Part shown: in pieces, positions 1 to 13,100 of the stretch | Layout of the letters: the number at the start of each line of letters is the position of its first letter | How positions within the stretch are numbered: position 1 is the stretch's first letter | IMG/VR virus record: IMGVR_UViG_3300027759_003534 | Span: 96,001 to 160,000 of that record | Direction: 5' to 3' (one strand) | DNA from: a virus | Length of the DNA: 64,000 nt | Made by a program: the position numbers and the translations under genes | The notes under the pieces: model-generated | The model's database searches: none | What the model saw: only the letters and a program-made list of their open reading frames with translations | What the model was told of the DNA's origin: nothing

Positions 1-1
1 A

Positions 2-1195
2 ACTAGATTTTTCTTTTACACCAGCGATCCTATTTACGACAGCAGAACTGGCACAGTAATACGCGATTATATCAATGTACTTAAGGTTAATAGCCAACCA
101 GATAGTTCGGCTCCAATGGGCGCAGATAATGTGTTGACCATTATTGATCAACCTGTGCTTAGTGATGGACTAGTTGACGACTTCCAAGTTGTAGTTAGTT
201 TTGATAGATCTGGCGGAGACCTAGCACCGGTCAATCCAGATTTCTTTGACGAAATTGTAGCACCCACAATAGATCCTACCCAGAAATTAGTGTTCTTCCA
301 AGCCACTGTGGACTTTGATAATTTACAACGCTACTTGTTAATTGAAGCAGGCATAGTCAACAGTGAATATGCAACTCTAGCAGACATTCAAGTAGTTCAA
401 ACACAGTATGTGACCGGCCAGGTATTTTATGCTTATAATCCCACTAGCGCTGCCACAGTTAATTATAATGCTGGAACATTTTACATCTTAGGAGTAGACA
501 GTTTAGGTAATCCTACACTAACTGTAACCTATAATTACATTGCTCGTGTAGGCCGTCAAGACTTGTACTTTCAGTATCGTCACAACAGCCCGTTGACCAG
601 CAGAATTGATCCTGGCTCCACCAACATCATTGATGTATACGTGGTCACTAATGCTTATTACACTGCCTATATCAATTGGTTGCAAGATACTACTGGCACT
701 GTTACAGAGCCACAAGCTCCAACTATAGATGAGTTAAATACTGCTTACCAGGGCCTACAAAATTACAAAATGATATCTGACAACATGATTCTCAACACCG
801 TAGACTTTCAACCGTTGTTCGGTCAAAAGGCAGAGCCAGCGTTAAGAGCCACAATTAAAGTCATCCGAGCATACGGTAGCACTGCTAGTGTTAGTACTAT
901 TAAAAATTTAGTAGTGTCTAACATGAATGCGTATTTTAATCTTGACACTTGGAACTTTGGTGATACTTTCTATTTTAGTGAACTTGCAGCCTATATTCAT
1001 CAAAACATTGCTGACGTTGTTAGTAGTGTAGTTTTAGTTCCGCTAGACACACAAAAAAGCTTTGGTGACCTATATGAGATTAGGTCAGCACCTAACCAAA
1101 TTTTTGTTAACGGAGCCACAGTGAACGACGTGGAAGTTATCACTGCCTTGACCAGTACTAATCTACAGACTGCTCCAGGCAGTGGAGTAATTTGA
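2..1195 (+). CDS. Baseplate wedge-like virion structural protein, C-terminal part (5'-truncated)
   Basis: The frame is open from position 2 (TRFFFYTSDPIYDSRTG...), so the 116 start is internal. Its stop overlaps the ATG of the giant structural gene (TGATG). The wedge call rests on context and C-terminal content and is an inference. Confidence 0.55.
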   Translation, partial: TRFFFYTSDPIYDSRTGTVIRDYINVLKVNSQPDSSAPMGADNVLTIIDQPVLSDGLVDDFQVVVSFDRSGGDLAPVNPDFFDEIVAPTIDPTQKLVFFQATVDFDNLQRYLLIEAGIVNSEYATLADIQVVQTQYVTGQVFYAYNPTSAATVNYNAGTFYILGVDSLGNPTLTVTYNYIARVGRQDLYFQYRHNSPLTSRIDPGSTNIIDVYVVTNAYYTAYINWLQDTTGTVTEPQAPTIDELNTAYQGLQNYKMISDNMILNTVDFQPLFGQKAEPALRATIKVIRAYGSTASVSTIKNLVVSNMNAYFNLDTWNFGDTFYFSELAAYIHQNIADVVSSVVLVPLDTQKSFGDLYEIRSAPNQIFVNGATVNDVEVITALTSTNLQTAPGSGVI

Positions 1196-4100
1196 TGAAA
1201 CAAGTTCGCAGTGTAGATTTCCTACCAGAAATATTTCAAACACCGGTTAACAAACAATTTTTGTCTGCTACTCTGGATCAGTTGATTCAGAATCCAGAGT
1301 ATACCCAGACACAAGGATTTATTGGCCGTAGAGTTGGTCCTGGAGTTAATGCCAATGACCGGTATGTAGTTGAGCCCACCAAGACTCGCACAGACTATCA
1401 ACTAGAGCCAGGAGTAGTACAGGTTAATCCTGAAGATACTCGCAAAGTTGTGGATGCTATAACTTACCCTGGTATCACGAATGCACTTCAATTACAAGGG
1501 GCATTTACCAACAACGGTGATAGACTTTATACCAGTGACTATTATACCTGGGATCCATTTGTTGACTTTGATAAATTTATAAACTATGCCCAATACTATT
1601 GGGTTCCAGAGGGACCACTAGCAGTAGATGTGTCATCTACAGATATTCCGCTCACCGATAACTTCACAGTCACTAGAGCCAATGGAGTATATACGTTTTC
1701 GGGGATTGCTGGAGATAATCCAGCAATTACTTTGGTACGTGGTGGTAATTATACTTTTAATGTAGCCCAGAATCAAACAGAAACTGTAAACTTTCGTGTG
1801 ACTAACAACAATGCCAGTAGTTGGAACATAGATTTTTTACCAAACCCTACACTGACATTGACTCGTGGCAACACTTATGTGTTTAATCTATCACAATCGT
1901 TTCCTTGGGCATTTTATTTCAAAACAGAACTTAGCTTAGGCACAACCAATGTGTACTCAGATGGAGTATTCAACAACGGTGCCGCTAATGGTCTAATTAC
2001 ATTTACAGTGCCTCAAGATGCTCCGGATGTGTTGTTCTATTGCAATGATGTAGAAATAAACCTGCGTGGTCAACTTAATATTGTAGACGGTACACCCGGT
2101 ACTGGTCCTGGATTTTGGATACAAAGCGATCCTGGCGTTAATGGACGTGTGATTGCAACTCCTAACATTAGCAGTAGAGATGTGCTAGGTGTGAGCAACA
2201 ACGGCGAAGACCTTGGCACCGTTACTTTTGACGTGCCGCTAGCCACAGCTCAGAATTTTTATTACAACATGCCTAGCATTGGCACCGTGGATTTGGTTAC
2301 TAACTTACAATTTGATCAGATTAACAATCAATTCTTAGAACCATTTTTTGCGGCCAATCGCAATGGTATTGATGGCATTACAAATTTAGAAAATCGTACC
2401 ATAGCTTTTATTACACAGGATTCAAACCCCGATACCGGAGGATGGCAACAGACTACATTTTTTGATCCTTTGCTCAATGCAGGTAATGTACAAAGTGGAA
2501 TTGGATCGTTTGACTCTACTACTTTTTCTCAAACTACTGTTATTGCAGATCAGGCCACGCAATATAGCGTATGGCGCATACAGTATCTAACTGCTGAAGG
2601 CGGCGGTGGCATCTACATGTCATTGCAATTTGTAGAAAATGTAGATCTTAATAATAAATTTACAGTTGGGTTTGGTACCGAGTATTCCAGCACTGGTTGG
2701 TATAAAAATGCAGATGGTTTTTTTGAACAAATTCCGTTACTTACCGCTGACAAAAATGTTTTGTTTTATCAGGACGGCACTGATCCTGAAATAGTAGGAC
2801 GAATTAATTTAATTGATCTTGATATGTCAACTACCATTGATGTTGATGCTATCATTGGATCGCCTACTTACACCAGCCCTAATGGAGTAACTTTTACTAA
2901 TGGCATGAAGGTAGTGTTTCGTGGCAATGTTTACCCTACCGGTTATCGAAACAATGAATACTATGTAGAAGGAGTAGGCACAGCAATACAGTTATTATCT
3001 GTACTTGATTATGTTACTCCAGAGACTTATACCAACAGTCAAACAATACCATACGATTCAACACCATACGATTCTAACAATTTTGATGGAAATTTAAATC
3101 AGCCCACAGTGCCAGATTACTTGACCATCAACCGTGCTAGCCTAGATCTCAATGCTTGGACTCGAAGCAATCGTTGGTTCCATATTGACGTGATTACTGC
3201 CAGTGCTGAATATAATAACACAACGCCCGTAGTAAACAATTTATTCCGTGCTCGTAGACCTATCCTAGAATTCCGAGCCGGTACACGGTTGTTTGATTTT
3301 GGTACCGATGGCCTAGCACCAGTAGACATTATTGATACTGTACAAACCGATGCTATAACTAACGTCAACGGCGCTCTTGGTTACAGCACCGACGGCTACA
3401 CGTTAATCAACGGCAGTACAATTATTTTTGCTGCAGATACCGATCCAGAAGTGCGTAGAACAGTGTATGAAGTACAATTTGCTATTACCAACACCAATGC
3501 TGACGATTCTACCATTGTAGATGTGCCTGTGATTGTACTAATGCCTATTGCCACAGCACTAATAGATCAAACAACAGTGATCGTTAGTGGTAACACTGAA
3601 CAAGGATTGTCATATTACTATGATGGTGTGGCCTGGATTGAAGCACAACAAAAAATTAGTGTAAATCAACCTCCATTGTTTGACATCTATGACACTAACG
3701 GCATCAGCTTTGGCAATCGTGCTATCTATCCTAGCTCAAACTTTACAGGTAGCCCTTTATTCAGTTATGCCATAGGCAATGCTGATCCCGATTTGATACT
3801 AGGATTTCCACTGACCTATCTTAGTCTGACCAATATTGGTGACATTGTGTTTGACAATAATTTCTACAAGGATTCATTTAACTACACTATCAACAGCGCG
3901 GGACAAACAGTACCTCTTAGTACTGGCTTTGTGCGTGAATACAGTACTAGAGTTACATTTAACCGAGAAATTGGTTGGCAGACCGCAGTTACTCCTAGCC
4001 TGGTACGCCAGCAGTTTCAATTCACCTATGATGGCAACCCACTCTTGCTGGACGTGGCTGTTAATGCTAATACTATAGTTCCTGCTGTACAAATATATGC

Positions 4101-7100
4101 CAATGGACAATTTCAAGAGGCCTATAATTATCAGTACACAGTAGGCTCCAACACAACTACAATTAATTTGTTGACCATGTATGTACCCGGTGATTTAATT
4201 GAGGTAACAGTGCTAAGTGACCAAGTTAGCGCGGCTGGATTTTATGAAGTTCCTATTAATTTAGAAAACAATCCGCTAAACGGCAACAGTGATCAATTTA
4301 CATTAGGAACCATACGCAATCACTACATTGGACTTACAGAAAATCTCATAGCATTACAAGGTCCTCCTATTGGTGCAAACAACACTAGAGACCTAGGCAA
4401 TATCGTTCCTTACGGTTTACAAATATTACAACAGAGCTCACCGTTAACCTTAACTGGTTATTTCATGCGAGATGCCAACTATAATATATTTGCTTCTCTT
4501 GCCTACAACAGCACAGAATATATTAAATTTAAATCACAGTTGTTGAATGCTGTGACCACATTCAGTATTGCAGACTATGGCAATTGGACCGTGGCTAAAT
4601 TACTAGATCAGTCGATTGCACAAATTACAACAGGCAGAACTAATATAAATCCATTCTATTGGAGCGACATGTTGCCCACAGGCACAGTGTTTACTTCAAA
4701 TAGTTATACTGTTAATCCTATAACTACTAACAGATTTAACACAGAACAGACCTATGACTTTACCACTTCAAACTATAAAGGTCTTTGTGTTTATATTAAC
4801 AATATATTATTGACTCGTGATTACGGATATGTGGTCAGCATCGAAAGTTCTACGTTAACCATCCTATTACCATTAACAGTAGGTGATGTAGTTACCATCA
4901 ATGAATATGCTGATACGGCTGGTAATTTTGTTCCTAACACTCCTACCAAGCTAGGTCTATATCCTAAGTATGAACCTAAGATTTTCTTAGATGAAGATTA
5001 TGTAAATCCTACGCCAGTAATCCAAGGACACGATGGAAGTATTACTGTGGCCTTTGGCGACATTCGCGACCAAGTGCTATTGGAATTTGAACAACGTATT
5101 TTTAATAACCTTAAGAACGACGGTAACCCTCCTCCAGTAGTAGCCGAGGATGTAATTCCTGGATATTTCCGCACTACAGATTATACACAAGCCGAAGTTA
5201 ATCAGATCCTAGGTGAAAATTTCTTAGCCTGGGTAGGTGCCAACAAGTTAAACTATACCTCACAGACATATATAGCCGACAATGAGTTTACCTACAACTA
5301 CAGTCAGGCTGGCAACAGAATTGACCAACAACCGTTGTTAGGTGCCTGGCGCGGAATTTATCGTTGGTTCTACGATACCTTAACTCCAAATATCACGCCA
5401 TGGGAAATGTTGGGTCTGAGCGAACAACCTGACTGGTGGGAAAACACTTATGGTCCAGCGCCATACACCAGTGATAACTTGGTGTTGTGGGAAGATCTAG
5501 CAGCAGGGTTGATTAAGGATCCTGTTGCACCTTACATAAATCCCAAGTATATACGGGCAGGACTAACATCTGTAATTCCAGTTGATAGTCAAGGGCAATT
5601 ATTGCCACCGTTTTACAGTGTTATGGGGGCTTACAATCCCAACGGGTTTGTCAAGAGTTGGCAAGTAGGCGATGGCGGCCCTGTAGAAGCATCGTGGTGG
5701 TCCAGTTCAAGTTATCCATTTGCCATTATGCGCCTGCTGATCCTTACACGCCCAGCAGATTTCTTCAGCTTGTTTGCTGATCGTGATCTGTACAAGTACA
5801 GTGCAGAATTTGATCAATATCTTTATAACGGTCGCTATAGAATACAACCACAAAACATACAAGTCTACGGCAACGGCGTCAGCAAGGCCAGTTATATCAA
5901 CTGGATTATTGACTACAATCAACAGTTAGGTATTGATAGTACCGACGCCTTGACTACCGACCTAGCTAACCTAGATGTGCGCCTGTGCTATCGTGCTGCG
6001 TCATTTATTGCACAACAAAACTTGGCCATGTACCTGGAGAAAGGTAGCCCCAACAGCCAAAACAGCAGTTTATTGATTCCTCCTGAAAGTTACAACTTAT
6101 TGTTGTACAAAAATCAGCCATTCAACAGAATAGACTACAGTGCTGTGATTGTAGAAGTAGTTGATGGTGGGTACAGTGTGTATGGCTACAGTACCGTCAC
6201 TCCATATTTTTCAACTCTAGCTAGCCAAGTCACTGGACTTACACAAACATTAACAGGTGGAAACATATCAGTAACTGTTCCTAAACAATACACTGACCGC
6301 ACAATACAAATACCGTACGGCTATACCTTTACCAACTTGACTAGTGTGGTGGATTTTTTATTGAGCTACGGCCAGTACCTAGGCAGTCAAGGTCTTAGAT
6401 TTATCACTAGAGAAAATGGCTATACATTGGACTGGATTCAGATGGCCCAGGAATTCCTATACTTTGCTAACCAAGGTTGGGCTGACGGGACTATCATTAA
6501 CCTAAATCCATCTGCAACCCAAGTCATATCATTCCGTGCTGGTGCAGTGGTAGATTCCATTGTGACCTACACTCCAGAGAATTTGTTGTTGGATCAAAAT
6601 CGTCAGGCATTTAATGCTAGAAATTTGATTATTCAACGAGAAGGAAATACATTTAGATTAAATCCAGAACCTGGTGGAAGCCAAACTATCAATTATCTAC
6701 AGTTGAAATTCACTGATTATGAAGATATGGTGGTGCTAGACAATCGCACAATCTTTAACGATTTAATCTACAATACTGTCACAGGCGAAAGACAAAATCG
6801 TCTCAAGCTGATTGCGGCCACGAGCACTCAATGGAACGGTACCTTAAATGCCCAGGGATTTATATTAAATCAAAACAACGTAGTGGCATGGAAGGCCAAC
6901 ACCAAGTACACCAAAGGCGACATTGTCATTTACAAAAATAGTTATTGGCAGGCTGCAACAATTATACAGCCCAAACTCAAGTTTGAATATGCGGACTGGT
7001 ACAAGAGCAACTATGATGCTATACAACAAGGACTATTACAGAACTTGGCAACCAAGGCTGATCAGTTGGCCAACAGTTATAACACACAAACAGCCAATCT

Positions 7101-10100
7101 TAATAGAGACAATGACCTATTGGCCTACAACCTAATTGGTTTTACTCCAAGACAGTACATGGTGGATTTGAATTTAAGCGACACTAGTCAAATAAGTTTA
7201 TATCAACAATTTATTAAAACCAAAGGATCCACGCAGGCCACAGATTTGTTTACTCAGGTTGACTTTAATCCGTTAACCGCTCAATACAACATATATGAAA
7301 ATTGGGGTATTCTAGTCGGAACATACGGCGCACAAGCCAATCGAAGTTGGTTTGAAATTGCGCTTAATGAAGCAGTATTAACTGGCAATCCTAGCACAGT
7401 ACAAATTATTCAACCAGGCACTATAAGTCAGGCAGATCAGTCCATCCTGTTAAGCAATCTCTGGGCCGAAAGCTATGCAATACCCAATACCGACATCTTG
7501 CCTACAACCTACAACACCAATTCAGACACTGCTTTGCCAAGTGCAGGCTACGTCAACATCAATGACGTAGACATCACAGTATTCAATCTCAACAATCCTA
7601 GCAATATTGCTGCAAACCTCAGTACAGTTGGCAACGGCACTACAATTTGGGTGGCACAAGACAACAGCTACGACTGGAACATTTATCAATGTGCTCAAGT
7701 TACAGGTCGTGTAACACAGTTAACTGACAATCTCAACGGCACAAGCCGCGCACAGTTTAGCACCACCGTTGATCTTGCAGTAGGTGACTTAATAATTATT
7801 CGCTACTTCAGCGATGCAGTAGACGGTGTGTATCGTGTGTTGAGCCGCCCAACTATTGACAGTGTGGTCATCCAGTACGCATTTACTAACTCTAACCAGA
7901 CCACACTCACCGGAATAGGCATTGTATTTTACCTACAGACCATGCGTGTAAGCCAGGCCAGTGATGTTGGGACTTTACCTTATGTAAATCAACTCATACC
8001 CGGTGCCACAGCCTGGGTCGACAATGATGGGTCAGGCCGTTGGGAAGTAATACAAAAAACCAATCCGTTTGCGCCTATAGATACCCTGTCAGCAACCACC
8101 CCAGAAGCTAATTCATTGTTTGGCGCCAGTGTATCTCAAAGTGCTGATCGTTATGCTTTGTTAGTAGGTGCTCCTGCTGCTGCAAGCGGCTCAGGCGCAG
8201 TGTACACTTATCGTTTGGGTAACGTCAACGACTATGTTGAAAATACAGAACTATTACTGCTGGCCACAGACACTAGTGGATATGGATGCAGTGTAGACTT
8301 TGGTAATCGTACCTGGGCAGTGGCTGGTGCAAACACCAGTAACTCTGGCGCAGGATATGCCACAATACTTTACTTGATTCCTGGCACAAACGATTACGTA
8401 CAAACACAATTGTTAGTGGCACCAGACCAAGACTTTAGTGCCATTGGATTTGGAACCTCAGTCCAAATAAGCGACAACGAGCGTTGGATTTATATCAGTG
8501 CTCCTGGTGCAAATCAAGTGTATGCCTATGGACGAGTTGATGTTCCTAGTCAATCAGTATCTTACATTGCAAACGGAACAACGGCTACATTTGTTTACAA
8601 CAATAATATCATGATTGATTCAACATATCCTGACCAGTTGTTGGTGACTGTTAATAATAACCTGCAGGTGTATGGCACAGATTATACCATTAACGGTGTG
8701 CTGATTCAATTTTTAACTACGCCCGGTGCTAATAATACTGTACGTATCCAGCGCCGCACAGCAGTGCAACTGGATTTTGAAACTTATGTTGGAGTGACCC
8801 AAAGCAGTACTACCGGATCAGGATCTGGCTCTACATTTACTGTGACTAACACTCGCGGAGATTATTCAGTCAGCTTGACAGCACCTGGTATTAATTATGC
8901 AGTTGGTAATCAATTGACCATTAGTTACCTACAGGTTGATCCTGTTGGAAGTGCGGCCAACAATATCACTGTTACTGTGACTGCGGTTACCAGTGGTGGT
9001 ATCACTGGATTTACATGGACTGGTAGCGGTGTCAACAATACCGCAGTATTTTCTCTAACAAATTATTTGTACACAGTGACCACATATGATTCATTCCGTG
9101 TGAATGTCAACGGTGTACTACAACGTCCTTACATTGATTACACGTTCAGCAGTGGTACACTTACATTTGTTACTGTGCCTATACCAGGCGCCATCATTAC
9201 AGTACAGTCGGCTGAAGAGGGCGCATATTGGCAGTATGTAAATACTCTTGATTCCAATTATTATCCTATCACTGTAGATCCCAATGCTCAACTTGGACAT
9301 AGCCTCGCTACCAACATAGTAGGCACACAAATTTTAGTAGGCGCACCGTATGACAGTGCTGTAAATTCTGCCGGGGATACCATTGACAATGCAGGTGCGG
9401 TGTATGCATTTGATCGTAGTATAGTCAAGTACATAATCACCAATACCACACAACTGACCTATGCAATTCCTGGAGAATATACCAATCCTGTGGCAGTGGT
9501 ATTAAACAAACAATATCTAACCAATACAGCTCAATACATCAATGGTGAATTTACTGTGAGTGGAAGTGCTATTGTGCTGTCTAGTTCAGTGCCCTTAACT
9601 GTGGGCGACACGTTAGAAATTGAAACTAACCAATTCCAATTTGTGCAGAGATTCACAACCAATACCGTGATTGATGAATCACAATTTGGTCATAGCATAG
9701 ACATCTGTCCTAACAGTTGTAGTGTATATGTTGGCGCTCCATTGGATTCGTTTGCTAGTGGGGTTCCGCAAGCTGGAATGGTTCAACGTCAAGTAAATCA
9801 GTCAAGGGTATATGGCATAACCACCAGCACTGTGGCCAACCCTACTTTGACTGCTGGCGATACTATTCGTGTTAACCATACAGAAGTAACTGTACCCAAC
9901 AGCCCCAATAATACTGTGGCCGGGTTAGTAACCGCTATTAACTCTGCTGGTATACCCAATATTGTAGCAACCAACGCAACTAATGTTATATTAATCGGCG
10001 ACGGCGCAACAAAAATATTTAACATTGGCAACATTTATTCTGCTGCCAGTGCATATACCACAGTAGTCTACATTAATAATGCGTTACAAGTTGCTGGGAT

Positions 10101-13100
10101 GAACTACACCTACAACAACACTACACAACAAATTGCATTTGTATCAACTCCAGCATTAGGCGCAGAAATTTTAGTAGTAGCTGGCCGTATGACAGTAAGT
10201 GTGATCAATCTTGCAGCCTCTGAAGAATTTAACAAGCTCACTGTGTTACCTGGTGTGGCCGCAAATGATAGTACAATTGGGTCAGCATTTTATGATCTTG
10301 GCTTTGTAACCTATGCCTACACACAAACTATTACAAGCCCAGCACCTACAGACTTTGCACAATTTGGTGCCGCAGTGAATGTAAACACCGGTGCTGTAAA
10401 TTTAGTAGTAGGCGCACCTAATGGCAACGTGTACGAACCAACCACCTTTGATGCTGGCGAAACTTATTTTGATGATCGTAGCACTACGTTCTTTGGATAC
10501 ATTCGTAATTCTGGAGTGGTATTTACATATGATTTCTTGCCTAGCGCCGACGGCAGTATATCTAATCCAGGACAGTTTGTATTTGGACAACAAGTTTATG
10601 TGACTACTTTGGCCACTGGAGATCTATTTGGTACAGCAGTCAACTATCGAAATGGTAGATTACTAGTAGGTGCACCAGGCAGCGACCTGGGCGATAGCAG
10701 TGTAAACTATGGCAGTGTATCAGTATTAAACAATGCCAATGACGCCGCAGTATGGCAGGTACTCTATGCTCAACAACCTGTAGTTGATGTAAATTTAATC
10801 AATTCAGTTTATTCATATGATAAACTACTGAACAGCACACAGACCTACTTTGACTATATTGATCCGTTACAAGGCAAAATCCTGGGTGTGGCTCGTAGAA
10901 ACATTGACTACATTGGTGCAGTTGATCCGGCTAGTTACAACACTGGAACAGTACATAACATAGGCACCAGCTGGGGACCAGCACACGAAGGCGAGATCTG
11001 GTGGGATACCAATTCAGTTAGATTTATTAACGCCAATCAAGACAATATAGATTATGCCAGCCGCAGATGGGGTCAAGTATTTCCAGGCAGTACTATTAAT
11101 ATCTATCAGTGGACTGCTAGCTCAGTGCCGCCTGTAAACTACACAGGCACAGGCATACCACTTAGTACCACTAGTTATACTGTTTACTCGTCCGTTGACA
11201 ATCAAGGCTTGTTAATTACAACTTATTATTTTTGGGTAGTTGGAATCAATACCGTGGCAACCACACACGGCAAAACTCTAAGTGCCACAGCCATTGCTAG
11301 TTATATTTTAAATCCTAGCAGCAGTGGCTTGCCCTACATAGCTGCCTTGTCTGCCAACTCTGTTGCTATTTACAATGCTGACACTCTGCTGTCAGCATTT
11401 GATACTATATTACATATTGAGTATGACCGTCAAGCACCTGGTGGCGACAATGACATACACACAGAATATGCGTTTATTGCTGACGGCCAAGCTGATGCAT
11501 TTTTAAATGCAAATTTATATCGTAAATTCCTAGACAGCTTCTGTGGTGCAACCGTCACAGGTGCTGCTGTACCAGATCCTCTGTTAAGCCCAGGCATACA
11601 GTATGGCGTACAGTTCCGCCCACGCCAGAGCATGTTTGCCAACCGCTTTAAAGCACTTGAAAATTATTTAGGTTATGCTAATACTGTACTGGCACAATAT
11701 CCTATAAGTGAAACTCGCAGTTTCCGTTTGTTAAACAGCAGCGAACCCACTCCAGCAGTCAACTCTGGTGCTTGGAATTATGAAGTGGCTACGCTGGAAA
11801 TATTGGCCTACCAAGATCTTTATGTAGTACCCATTGGATATCTATATTTAGTGTTATCTGACACCAGCCAAGATGGACGTTGGACCATATACGAAGTTGC
11901 TCTTGGCACCTTGCCCGGTGAACGTGTATTAAATCTAGTGCAGGTACAAAACTATGACACTCCACTATATTGGAATTACATCAACTGGTACCTGCCCGGA
12001 TACAATAGCAGTATTCAACCTGTTGCCACTGTGGCCAACACAGCTGGCTTACAAACATTAAGCCTAACACAAGCACCTGTGGGCGGCAGTGTCAAAGTTA
12101 CTGCAAACGGTCAAGGCAAATTTGAAATTTATTTACGTACCACTCTTGGTTTTGACCGTGTGGGACTTGAAGATGGAACCATTAAGTTTAGTTCAGTGCT
12201 GTGGGATTATGCCGCAGGCGGATACGGATTTGATGCTGAAGTATTTGATGCAAATTATTTTGATCAAGAACCTGTACTTGAAACTCGTCAAATTATCAAA
12301 GCCATCAATGAAGAACTGTTCATTGACGATTTACTTATCAATCGCAACCAAGCATTGATCCTGGCATTTAAATTTATCTACAGCGAATTTACTAGCCCCA
12401 ACTGGTTGTTTAAATCCAGCTACATCAACGTAGATCATGTGATCCGTGGCCTGTTGCCATATGAACTTTATCAACCAGACAACCAAACTTTTGTGTTGGA
12501 TTATCTCAACGAGGTCAAGCCATACCACGTACAAAATCTTGCGTTTAATCTAATCTATGATGGCATTGACACTTATCCGGGTGCATTAACTGACTATGAT
12601 GTCCCAGCCTACTGGAATACCACGCTAGCCCTCCCACAGTTTATAAGTCCTGTATTAACTCCATACACTTATAGCGACAGTGTAAACCAATCGTTCACCA
12701 GTGATACTGCTAGTAATGCACAGATATGGTTAGAACGTCCGTGGAGCGACTGGGTCAATAACTATACATTAAACGTAGACAGCATTGATGTAATTGATAC
12801 CACAACTACATATACCATAGTACCGGTTATAACTATTGGTGCTGAATGGACTGCTGATACCGCATACACTGTTGGGGAGCAAATTGCTTATCGTAACAAT
12901 CTCTATACTGTAACTGTGGCTGGAACCACCAGCAACACTGCACCAACAATTACCTTAGGAAGCGTAGTCAACGGCACTGCAACTTTAACTTACACAGGAC
13001 CACGTGCCCAAGCCTCAGCCGTTCTTAGAGCAAACGGCACCATTGCCACGGTTACAATAACCGTACACGGATCTGGTTATTTGACTACTCCATTAATTGC